DNA of 64,000 bases from an uncultured Verrucomicrobiaceae bacterium. GTDB lineage: Bacteria > Pseudomonadota > Gammaproteobacteria > Pseudomonadales > CAMLJR01. The notes under the pieces were generated by a model. The model made no database searches, was not told where the DNA came from, and saw only the letters and a program-made list of their open reading frames with translations. The position numbers and the translations under genes are program-made. Where the stretch lies: positions 12,285 to 76,284 of the forward strand of contig CAZWXW010000008.1 of assembly GCA_964638025.1 (NCBI GenBank). Direction: 5' to 3'. This document shows, in pieces, positions 56,076 to 64,000 of this stretch. Numbering within the stretch: the stretch's first letter is position 1; the number at the start of each line of letters is the position of its first letter.

Positions 56076-56433
56076 ATGTTCGCTGGTATTGATTTTGGTA
56101 CATCGAATTGCCTGCTAGGGGTGTGGCGAAATGGTAAGGCCGATCTGCTTAAGCTTGAGGGAGACAATTGGATATTCAATTGGCCATGATGAAGCTCATG
56201 CCGCAACTTGGTCGCGGGCGCTGTGAGGTGCCGGCTTGCACCTCGTCACCGAAGTGGAACAACAGGCGGGCACCAAACCTGACTTGGTCTATGTGACTGG
56301 CGGTACCGCGAAGTCGCCCATCGTGCAAAATTTTTTGAATAGTAATCTGGCCGGTTACCCGATCGAGTACGGCAACCTTTTTGGCAGCGTGGGCTCAGGT
56401 CTAACTGCTTGGGCTGGTCAGATATTTCAGTAA
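56076..56433 (+). pseudogene. Hsp70-family (YegD-like) gene with a large internal deletion
   Basis: N-terminal 'MFAGIDFGTSNCLLGVWRNGKADLL' is the phosphate-1 motif; this frame stops after 37 aa. A C-terminal piece 'VYVTGGTAKSPIVQNFL...GSVGSGLTAWAGQIF' follows. About 350 aa of the middle are missing. Confidence 0.7.
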
Positions 56434-56439
56434 GGCCAA

Positions 56440-57207
56440 TTAGACCTGCCAGCCGATGATCATGGTCGGATAGGTGACCCAGAGTGTCCCCTCACGGTCC
56501 TCCGCCTTCAGGCCGAATATGTCCTGCCCTGATGCGGCATCACGCCGCAGGAGGGATCGAACATGGTCGAGCATTCCCGGCGGGGGAAAGGAGGTCGCCA
56601 GAACGGCCTCTAGTGGCAGACTTGTCATGCCGGTCCGTTCCGCAATTTCCGTCAGCCCCTGATTTCGCCCGAGGGTTCGCAATTCCTTCAGCGTCAACGC
56701 GCGTTTGTGCGAAGGATCGCGGATCAGTTCGATCGCGTCGAAAGCCGGCGACCGAGCGCTATCGGGCGACAGGTCCGACACGAAGATACGTCCACCTGGC
56801 GCGCAGGCGCGGTGCATCTCTGCGAGGGTCGCGGCAGGATCAGCGGCGTGATGGAACATGGAGCGGCTGATGACGATGTCGAAGCCGGCATCCTCCACGG
56901 GTAGCGATAGGGAGTCTGCGACTTCCCAGCGAATATTGTTGATCCCGGCAATGGCTGCATGAGCCTTCGCCTGATCGATCATCGCGAGTGTCAGATCGAC
57001 GCCGACCACCTCCTTCACAAACGCCGCAACGGTGACGGCGAACTGCCCCGATCCGCATCCGACATCCAATATCCGGTGGGCCGGCTGAGGCTCCATCAAT
57101 GTGATCAGCGGATCGACACGGGATTGTTGCTGCGAGTTGATGAGCGCGGCATAGGGGGCCGCCTGCCGGGTGAACTGGTCGCGCACACGTTCATTCTGAT
57201 CACTCAT
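56440..57207 (-). CDS. Class I SAM-dependent methyltransferase
   Basis: Start MSDQNER. Motif I 'ILDVGCGSGQF'. Post-I and motif II blocks 'VVGVDLTLAM' and 'FDIVISRSMFHH'. Confidence 0.85.
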   Translation of the reverse strand: MSDQNERVRDQFTRQAAPYAALINSQQQSRVDPLITLMEPQPAHRILDVGCGSGQFAVTVAAFVKEVVGVDLTLAMIDQAKAHAAIAGINNIRWEVADSLSLPVEDAGFDIVISRSMFHHAADPAATLAEMHRACAPGGRIFVSDLSPDSARSPAFDAIELIRDPSHKRALTLKELRTLGRNQGLTEIAERTGMTSLPLEAVLATSFPPPGMLDHVRSLLRRDAASGQDIFGLKAEDREGTLWVTYPTMIIGWQV

Positions 57208-57614
57208 GGCGCCGCCACCTTCATTGCGCCAGCAACCCCAGCCGGACGGAAACTGTGGTCGGCGCGAGCCCGGAAATTGAGAAGGCGGGTCGGCTCCGGT
57301 CCTGTTCGAAAACTGTAGGTGGTGCCTGCTGGGATATAGAGCGATCCTCCCGCCGCCAGCGCCTTGTCGTTCCAATGAAGCGAGCCCTCGGCAACGAAAA
57401 ATATCTCATCCTCGTCATGCGAATGGGGTGCGATCAGCGTGTGCGGGGCGAGGCGCATCTCCATCAGTTGCATGGCACCGTCAGTGCCCGATTCATGGAA
57501 GGAGAGATGGCCTTCGAGTTCTGTAGCGTCGATGTGATCCCGCATCCAGCCCATGGGGATGTCGCCCATCTTTCGCCATGTCAGCTGATCGGGATGATGT
57601 ACACGGATCGTCAT
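57204..57614 (-). CDS. Cupin domain protein
   Basis: 'HSHDEDEIFFVAEGSLHW...GGSLYIPAGTTYSF' gives the two cupin motifs. Its stop overlaps the methyltransferase start (ATGA). Confidence 0.8.
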   Translation of the reverse strand: MTIRVHHPDQLTWRKMGDIPMGWMRDHIDATELEGHLSFHESGTDGAMQLMEMRLAPHTLIAPHSHDEDEIFFVAEGSLHWNDKALAAGGSLYIPAGTTYSFRTGPEPTRLLNFRARADHSFRPAGVAGAMKVAAP

Positions 57615-57712
57615 TACCTGTCCTCCCTTGTTTGGAAGGGCAGGATGTCACTGGGCGCGTTTGACTGTCTCGCGACCATCGGCCAATCTCGCTGCTCAAA
57701 CGGCCATCAGGG

Positions 57713-58534
57713 ATGGAAGCGATGAGCACGCGCCCGATAATCGATCCCGACCGCGACGTGGGCCTTTCCACTCTGATCGATGCTGCCCAGCGCGCACCCG
57801 CAGGTGCCATCGTGCAGGACGAATTCGACATGGACTCGCCCTGGCACCATCACGACATGCACCAGATCCAGTATGCGTTCGAGGGTGCGATGGAGCTGGA
57901 GGATGACCACGGCCGCCATCTGCTGCCACGCAGCCTGGTGGGATGGATTCCGGCGGGTACGCGGCACCGCAACAGCCTGCACCGAATACGCTCCGTCTCT
58001 GTACTGCTGGCTCCGGACAGCGTGCCGAATGCCGGATCAGGGGTGCGCATCCTTCATGCATCGCCTTTGATGCGCGAGATGATTGCTGAAGCGGCGCGCT
58101 GGCCGCTCGACCGGCGAGCCGATGCAACCAGCATCGCTTTTTTCGCAGCCTTTGCCTGTCTTTGTGGTGAATGGATCGAGCACAGGGCACCGCTGACGCT
58201 ACCAACCACCACGGACGCTTCGCTCGGTCGCGCTCTCGCTCATGTTCGCAACGATCCGGCGGGCGCGAAGATGGAGGATGCCACTCGCATCGCCGGCCTG
58301 TCAGACCGGTCGCTGCGCCGCCACTGCCAAGCGTTGATCGGTATGGGATGGGACGAATATCGGCGGCGCGCACGCCTCCTGGCTGCCATCGAACCGCTGA
58401 CAGAGACCGATCACAGCATCGCGCGCATCGCGGCCGATGTTGGATTCGAGAGTCAGAGCGCCTTCGCTCGCGCCTTTCGCCTACTCATCGGGCAGACACC
58501 GCAGGCATTTCGAATGAGCGTGCGACGCGATTGA
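57713..58534 (+). CDS. AraC-family transcriptional regulator (cupin sensor + HTH)
   Basis: N-terminal 'WHHHDMHQIQYAFEG'. C-terminal 'IAADVGFESQSAFARAFRLLIGQTPQAFR'. It is divergent from the cupin-methyltransferase pair. Confidence 0.88.
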   Translation: MEAMSTRPIIDPDRDVGLSTLIDAAQRAPAGAIVQDEFDMDSPWHHHDMHQIQYAFEGAMELEDDHGRHLLPRSLVGWIPAGTRHRNSLHRIRSVSVLLAPDSVPNAGSGVRILHASPLMREMIAEAARWPLDRRADATSIAFFAAFACLCGEWIEHRAPLTLPTTTDASLGRALAHVRNDPAGAKMEDATRIAGLSDRSLRRHCQALIGMGWDEYRRRARLLAAIEPLTETDHSIARIAADVGFESQSAFARAFRLLIGQTPQAFRMSVRRD

Positions 58535-58806
58535 TACGAATCATAAGAAGCGACCCAAAATAGCAGAACAAATGGGTCACCTAGCTAGTAGGCGGTTGCA
58601 TCGTTTCGACCTGATATAACGCCGCCCCTTCTCCCGAGTAGAGCACTATCAATCGGCCGCTGCAGTTCCAGCCGATATAGTCGTAACGAGTGAATAGGAC
58701 TATTCAGTGTGTTTAACTTCAAGGCCCCGCTGCACGCCAAGCTGGGTGTAGCGGCGGAGTGAAATTGGTTTGAAATCCCAGTAGCCAACAGCATCACGGA
58801 GGCAAC

Positions 58807-59229
58807 ATGAAGAAGAAAGCATGGGCAGCGTGGACGGGCAGCATCAAAGAGGGTGGTGGCACAATTTCAACAGAAACGGGTGTTTTAAAAGAAGTCCCCT
58901 ATGGTTTTAAGTCACGGTTTGAGAGTGGGCCTGGCACTAATCCAGAAGAACTCATTGGGGCCGCACATGCAGGCTGTTTTTCGATGGCTTTTGCATTGAT
59001 GCTCGGCAATGCCGGTTTCACTCCGGACAAAATCGAAACGCAGGCGATCGTGACGCTCGAACAAAATTCGGATGGTTTCGCAATAACATCGAGTCACCTA
59101 ACCGTTGTGGCAAAAATTCCGGGAATCGATCAGGAAAAATTCGATGAGATCGTTAATGCTGCGAAGGTCGGTTGCCCGATATCAAAGGTATTAAATGCCA
59201 CGATATCGATGGATGCCATGCTGGTTTGA
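58807..59229 (+). CDS. osmC: OsmC-family peroxiredoxin
   Basis: 'GTNPEELIGAAHAGCFSMAF' and 'AKVGCPISKVL' carry the two conserved Cys motifs. 140 aa. Confidence 0.88.
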   Translation: MKKKAWAAWTGSIKEGGGTISTETGVLKEVPYGFKSRFESGPGTNPEELIGAAHAGCFSMAFALMLGNAGFTPDKIETQAIVTLEQNSDGFAITSSHLTVVAKIPGIDQEKFDEIVNAAKVGCPISKVLNATISMDAMLV

Positions 59230-59340
59230 AGGTGGATTACCGATCGGGATGCCGTCTGGCGTCGGCGTGTCGGGGCTGGAGTACGGCGGCGGCGATCAGT
59301 TCTTCTGCGGCGGGGGCGGAGGCGGAAAACTACGTGTAGT

Positions 59341-59793
59341 GCGCAGGCCGAAACGCGAAGCGATGTTATCGTGACGGCGGATCGGATTGCGGCGCAATGG
59401 ATTGGCAGGCGGTTCAATCAGGTGTGTCACCAAAGCGCCGCAGCATGACTGGACCGCTCCGCCGCCACCCACTCTCGGTCTTTGTAAGCGGCGTATCACG
59501 ACACACTCGGCCCCTATTGGCCTGTCGAGTGCCGCAACGTCAAAACCGGGTATCGACATCTGCCGTTTCCATTCGAGGAAAAGCAGCTTCCGACGCTTGC
59601 AATAGAGGTGTCATGGACGCTGCAGGAGCTCGTCAGTTACATCAGTACTTGGTCCGCTGTGGAGGTGATAGAGCAGGCGTCGGGTGCCGAACCGTTCAAG
59701 TATTTTTTGAAGGCACTGAGTGGCGCGTGGGGTGATAGAGATGTTCGGCGTCAGGCCCGGTGGCCGCTCTCTTCTTTTGTGGAGATTGTTTAG
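59341..59793 (+). pseudogene. Frameshifted remnant of a class I SAM-dependent methyltransferase
   Basis: Three frames carry consecutive family blocks. These are 'AQAETRSDVIVTADRIAAQWIGRRFNQV' (then TGA) and 'HPLSVFVSG'. The third is 'YHDTLGPYWPVECRNVKTGYRHLPFPFEEKQLPTLAIEVSWTLQELVSYISTWSAV...WGDRDVRRQARWPL'. No intact motif I is present. Confidence 0.5.
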
Positions 59794-60629
59794 CTGCGGA
59801 GTTTTAGATTTAGGTGCGGCTGTGCGAGGGGCGCCAATAAATACATAGAAAAAGGAAGGGTTTATCTCCTGGTTTAGACGCGTAGAGGAGATTCCTGCGA
59901 ATTTTGAGGGCCTATCTCGTCACCGCAAGTTCTAATTCCTTGGCGAGGGTTAGCAGTTTGTGCCCGTCGTGAATCTTCATGTCGTTGCCATAAAAGAAGA
60001 AGCTCAACTTTGGGGAGTAGATCTGTCGATGACAGTGGGAAATAACGATCGAGTTCATGGCGGAAACGTGCTCCATGCTTGCTTCAAGAACGCCACTCTT
60101 CGCACCGAATTCCCCTATTAGTGCGAGCGAGCTACTTAGGGGGAAATATACTCTCGTACCCTTAAGGCCAAATCCCGGGCTTTTTTGAAGTAGTGCTGGA
60201 ATTTTGCTTGGCTCTCTCCAGCTCAGTGAAGCAGGGTGGTCCGAAGTGATAAAGGGGCCATTCGATGCGTCAGTTTTGATTAGAAGCCAATCTCTACTTT
60301 GTAGGAAGGGGAGGATTTCTGAGATTAGATGGGCTTCTGACTGGATTATTTCAAAATTCGACAGCTCGTTCGGAAGGCTGTTGGTTGTATAAAATTCTTT
60401 GACTTGCTCAAAGGTGATGGATTCTGGGAATTCGATTCCTCTTTCTTTCATAGAGTCTTTGAGTTCTTCCCAGCACTCCTTCGATTTTAAAGCGCTCAGG
60501 ATCAAATTTTTGGTTGTTTCTTCCCGGAACGCGCCAAGGTGGGCTCGCATTTCTGGGGATCCGACGTCCCCCCCTATTTGAGTAGCGCTAGTGTTTAGAG
60601 TCCAATACCCCTGACCCAGGAGATTGGAC

Positions 60630-60893
60630 GTGAAGAAGCGTTTTACCGAAGAGCAGATCATTGGCTTCCTGCGCGAGGCCGACACCGGGGTGGCGATCAA
60701 GGAGCTGTGCCGCCGGCACGGCTTTTCCGAAGCCAGTTACTACCTGTGGCGCGCCAAGTTCGGCGGCATGGATGTGTCGGATGCCAAGCGGCTAAAGGCA
60801 CTGGAAGCCGAGAATGCGCGCCTGAAAAGGTTGCTGGCCGAGTCGCTGCTGGAGAACGAGATCACGCGCGAAGCGCTCCGAAAAAAGTGGTAG
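60630..60893 (+). CDS. IS3-family transposase OrfA (HTH)
   Basis: '[68 protein letters not shown]'. GTG start with an AGGAG Shine-Dalgarno. Confidence 0.88.
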   Translation: MKKRFTEEQIIGFLREADTGVAIKELCRRHGFSEASYYLWRAKFGGMDVSDAKRLKALEAENARLKRLLAESLLENEITREALRKKW

Positions 60894-61750
60894 GCGCACA
60901 GCCGCGCCGTGAGTTGGTGCGCCACATGATCGGTTGCGGCATGAGTGAGCGGCGCTCGCTGCGGGTCATTGGCATGAGTGCCAGCGCGCTGTGTTATCAG
61001 CCCGCTCCCGACCGCAACCAGGCTTTACGGCAGCAGATCGTCGCGCTCGCGCACCGGCATCGCCGATACGGCGCCGAGATGATTTATCTGAAGCTGCGCC
61101 AGGATGGTCTGCTGGTGAATCACAAGCGGGTGGAGCGACTGTACGCCGAGGCCGGCCTGCAGGTCAGGCGCCGCAAGCGCAAGAAGATTCCCGCGGCAGA
61201 TCGACAGCCGCTGGGTCGCCCACTGAGCGCCAATCAGGTGTGGTCGATGGACTTTGTGTTTGATCGCACGGCCGACGGGCGCGTCATCAAGTGTCTGACG
61301 ATCGTTGATGACGCCACTCATGAAGCGGTCGCCATCGTGCCGGAGCGCGCCATCGGTGGGGTTTCTTTAACTCGCATCCTTGATCGTCTGGCAGCGGATC
61401 GTGGGCTGCCGAAAGCGATACGCACTGACAATGGTATGGAGTTCTGTGGCAAGGCGATGCTGACATGGGCGCACGAACGCAGCGTGAAGCTGTTTCTGAT
61501 CGAACCTGGCAAGCCGAATCAAAATGCCTACATCGAATCGTTCAATGGCCGCTTCCGCGACGAGTGCCTGAACGAACACTGGTTCACCAGCTTGCCGCAC
61601 GCCAAGGTCGTCATTGAGCGGTGGCGGCGAGAATACAACGAGGAGCGACCGAAGAAAGGATTGGGCGGACTGACCCCGGCGGCTTACGCCAAACAACTGG
61701 CCATCCGATCCGCTACATTAACCGCGGACTCTAAAGCCGAGTGCTACTGA
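60881..61750 (+). CDS. IS3-family transposase OrfB (DDE integrase core), expressed as OrfAB by a -1 frameshift
   Basis: Slippery heptamer A AAA AAG at 60881..60887. The -1 frame continues '[13 protein letters not shown]...'. rve-type core blocks 'WSMDFVFD', 'IRTDNGMEF' and '[20 protein letters not shown]'. Confidence 0.88.
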   Translation, partial: KKVVGAQPRRELVRHMIGCGMSERRSLRVIGMSASALCYQPAPDRNQALRQQIVALAHRHRRYGAEMIYLKLRQDGLLVNHKRVERLYAEAGLQVRRRKRKKIPAADRQPLGRPLSANQVWSMDFVFDRTADGRVIKCLTIVDDATHEAVAIVPERAIGGVSLTRILDRLAADRGLPKAIRTDNGMEFCGKAMLTWAHERSVKLFLIEPGKPNQNAYIESFNGRFRDECLNEHWFTSLPHAKVVIERWRREYNEERPKKGLGGLTPAAYAKQLAIRSATLTADSKAECY

Positions 61751-62141
61751 ACACGGGGGGACGTCGGATCTAATCGAGAGCGTCGCGATTAGTGAAAGTA
61801 CGTTTTCTCGATGATCACCTTCGAATTTGTGGGTGCTTTCTATTTCAAGAATCGATTCTGAGACTTTTGATTCGAATTTGCTGAGATTTGTCTCAAGCTG
61901 GTTTGGATCGATATTGGGGATTTCTATTCTATTAAAGTCTCGAATTGCACCGACGTTTCTTGTTGTTGTTTCAAAGTGTTTGTTTGTCTTTAGATCGATA
62001 ACTGATAATTTTGATTTTTTGCTTCTTCCGCGAGTAAATCCCTTTAAGTAGCACTGGGAAAGATAGTGATGGTTTCTCGCGCTCATAGCCATATGATCCT
62101 GAGGTTCAGCCCTGATGCCTTGGGGTTATCGGTTCGTAGAC

Positions 62142-63890
62142 TCATGTGGAGTCTGTACGCAGCTGCCACTGAATTTGGCGGCGTGCGGAAGATATGATGT
62201 CGTTGAATAACACTCCGGATACATTTGGTTCAAGATTTTGGTTTGGGAAGTTTGGAGAGCGCTTGCCGCTGATCAGTAATACTTTTATTGGTTTGCTGAC
62301 GTGTTTAAGAAAATCATGCCGGTATCCAGTGGCTTGTTGGTAGTCTTTTAGGTTAAGTGGGTGTGAGGGTCTCTTGAATTCGATCAGAAGATACTCGCCG
62401 TTGAGGTTTTCATTGAGCAATAGATCGGGGCGCTTGGTTGCTTGCTTTCCTTGATACTTCTTGGCGAGATAATCCTCGACCTGTCTTTGCAGTGTCTGAT
62501 TTGAGCTGAAGAGTGAATATTCCGGGCCGAGAGTCCAGAGGTTTCGCTCCATAGCCTTATGCATGGTCACCTCAAGCGTTTCGTCGGTTTTAGCTAATAG
62601 AGCCAACTGATCTAGAAATTCTGAGCGAGCTCTGGCTTGTTCGACTAGGAAAGCCATGTCCGCCAAGCCAAAATCATTGAGGGAGTCCGCAATGGAGGCG
62701 ATATCGCGACGCTTTGCTTCTGCGAGGTGTTCAACGACTGATCGATAGTCGGAGCGTTCCAGCGCCTCTAGTACCACGAAAACGATGGGTTCGATTTTGT
62801 TGGCGGGCTCGTCATAATACTTTTCAAGAATCTTCTTGATCGCTCGGTCCGCATATTCGCGTTTGAATTCGGGCATCGCCGCCAAACGCTCATGGACTGC
62901 CTTTTGTAGGCGTGCATGAGCTAGCCGCATTTCCTGGCCGTGAGTTTCAGTGAACGCAGTGCGCAGCTTGTCTTGAACATACTGCGAGACATTCTGGTAT
63001 TGCTCGCTGTTTTCCACTACCGAGTCCCAGCCAGCTGTGACGAACTCGCTCAAGCCATTGGCTTCAATCTCTCCGTACATTTTTCTTAGAAGCTTTGGCG
63101 GGAAGCTGTCACATTGGTCTAAGCCAAAGAAGCTGGGTTTTCCTACGGCCTTTCCATCGACCATTAAGGTTATACCTGGCTCGCGGAGGCTGGTCTTTCC
63201 TCGGCTTATAGAGAAGCGCAGATTAATTTCGCCTGTGTTTGGCAAGGAAGTGGTTTCCTCTGTATATGTTCCGTCTAAATCATCAATGGCTAAAGGTTTT
63301 TCATCGATAACAATGTTGAAATCCTTTTGGCGTCCGTATTCCTGAATTAGGATTTGACGAAGACGATTGCTGTCGGGGTAAATGAGTCCTTGATGCAAGC
63401 TGGACAGGATAATCTTTGTGCCGTGCAGCTTCGGAGCGCAAGGCTTGATTGTTGGAGTAATCGGCAGGCGTTCTATGTCGGTAACCTTTTCCAGCTGAGC
63501 AAGGCTTAAAGTGAAGCTGACCTCAGTGCCGCGTGTTCTAGTCGTTAGTGTCATGACTGACGCCGCCATAAAGCCGGAAAACTTCCCAACTCCCTTGCGC
63601 CCTTTGATAGTGCGATGCTTGCTTGGCGTGCGCTCTCCACGTTTGGTTCGACGGTCAGATGCAATTTTCAGGTAATGAGCGTTGAGCTCCTGAGCTGTCA
63701 TGCCTGTGCCATCGTCTTCAATTACGATTGGCTCATCACTCATTGGCGGAGGTAGGGTGATTGATACCTGTTGTGCGTCTGCGTCCCAAGCGTTATCGAT
63801 TAGCTCCTTGAGAGCTTTCTCCGTTGAGGAGTACTCCTGGCTAAGTAGAGTGGCTATTCGAGAGTCGACTTTGAAACGCAGGTTCTTCAT
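62142..63890 (-). CDS. GHKL (HSP90/MutL/MORC-like) ATPase fused to a PD-(D/E)xK, Shedu/DUF4263-like nuclease domain
   Basis: 582 aa. N-box 'KELIDNAWDADA', G1 'IEDDGTGMT' and G2 'GRKGVGKFSGF'. C-terminal 'NLWTLGPEYSLFSS...KRPDLLLNENLNGEYLLIEFKRPSHPL' supplies the D...E-x-K motif. AT-rich. It ends 49 bp upstream of, and runs co-directionally with, the DUF4238 gene. Confidence 0.8.
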   Translation of the reverse strand: MKNLRFKVDSRIATLLSQEYSSTEKALKELIDNAWDADAQQVSITLPPPMSDEPIVIEDDGTGMTAQELNAHYLKIASDRRTKRGERTPSKHRTIKGRKGVGKFSGFMAASVMTLTTRTRGTEVSFTLSLAQLEKVTDIERLPITPTIKPCAPKLHGTKIILSSLHQGLIYPDSNRLRQILIQEYGRQKDFNIVIDEKPLAIDDLDGTYTEETTSLPNTGEINLRFSISRGKTSLREPGITLMVDGKAVGKPSFFGLDQCDSFPPKLLRKMYGEIEANGLSEFVTAGWDSVVENSEQYQNVSQYVQDKLRTAFTETHGQEMRLAHARLQKAVHERLAAMPEFKREYADRAIKKILEKYYDEPANKIEPIVFVVLEALERSDYRSVVEHLAEAKRRDIASIADSLNDFGLADMAFLVEQARARSEFLDQLALLAKTDETLEVTMHKAMERNLWTLGPEYSLFSSNQTLQRQVEDYLAKKYQGKQATKRPDLLLNENLNGEYLLIEFKRPSHPLNLKDYQQATGYRHDFLKHVSKPIKVLLISGKRSPNFPNQNLEPNVSGVLFNDIISSARRQIQWQLRTDST

Positions 63891-64000
63891 TGCGCTATTT
63901 CATCCTTGCTAGGTTGCTTCGCTGTCCAGTTTCTTCTTTTTGCTTAGTAAAGGGTGTTTTTCGTCATTTCCTGCCATAAAATCTTTCGATTAAGTTTTTT

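Larger units (their letters stand above)
60562..61766 (+). mobile_element. IS3-family insertion sequence (IS407-group-like), 1205 bp
   Basis: Imperfect terminal inverted repeats: CGACGTCCCCCC(C)TATTTGAGTAGC... versus the reverse complement CGACGTCCCCCCGTGTTCAGTAGC..., both running to TTTAGAGTCC. Flanking 4-bp direct repeats GATC at 60558..60561 and 61767..61770. orfA/orfB with an A AAA AAG slippery site. Confidence 0.8.
59912..62092 (-). pseudogene. DUF4238-family gene interrupted by an IS element
   Basis: N-fragment 61767..62092 ('MAMSARNHHYLSQCYLKGF...LSIRS') and C-fragment 59912..60561 ('SPEMRAHLGAF...'). They rejoin in frame (…LSIRSPEMRAH…) when the IS and one GATC copy are removed. AT-rich. 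Confidence 0.75.

Noticed and set aside
1-64000. A search by eye for tRNA, rRNA and CRISPR arrays, integrase genes and att-type long direct repeats.
   Set aside because: - I saw no T-loop/acceptor-like tRNA signature outside coding sequence.
- I saw no regularly spaced repeats of 25-40 bp other than the three units at 19544..19627.
- I saw no tyrosine or serine recombinase motifs.
- A computational scan (tRNAscan-SE, Infernal, a CRISPR finder) would be needed to be certain.

Overview
High-GC (about 65-70% in hand-counted lines) proteobacterial-type chromosomal DNA. All family names come from motif recognition by eye; no searches were run.

**Layout, three parts**
- **1-35.6 kb, mostly core genes:** PlsC-like acyltransferase, dinG-yqcC, a FixJ/FixL-like two-component locus, two tandem csrA genes, an AI-2E transporter, an Atm1-type ABC exporter, phaZ, GST, ParA, two degenerate-GGDEF/EAL proteins, a TonB-dependent receptor and rsuA.
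- **35.7-53.2 kb, accessory catabolic, regulatory and efflux block:** MaoC-like hydratase, a DUF385 (deazaflavin-type) oxidoreductase with EthD, LysR/AraC/LuxR regulators, SDRs, an RND pump pair and a fused two-module acyl-CoA dehydrogenase.
- **53.2-64 kb, decaying mosaic island:**
  - a LexA-box-controlled small membrane peptide
  - a pseudouridine-synthase-like gene without the catalytic Asp
  - higBA
  - several gene remnants
  - from about 59.8 kb, a clearly AT-rich segment (about 40% GC in a hand-counted line)

**Most interesting candidate**
The AT-rich segment carries a co-directional pair. One gene is a GHKL-ATPase/PD-(D/E)xK nuclease fusion. The other is a DUF4238 gene split by an IS3-family (IS407-like) element with a 4-bp GATC target duplication. 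I read this pair as a candidate anti-phage defence system that I have not seen described. It has been inactivated by the IS and may continue past the window edge.

No rRNA, tRNA or CRISPR array was recognised.
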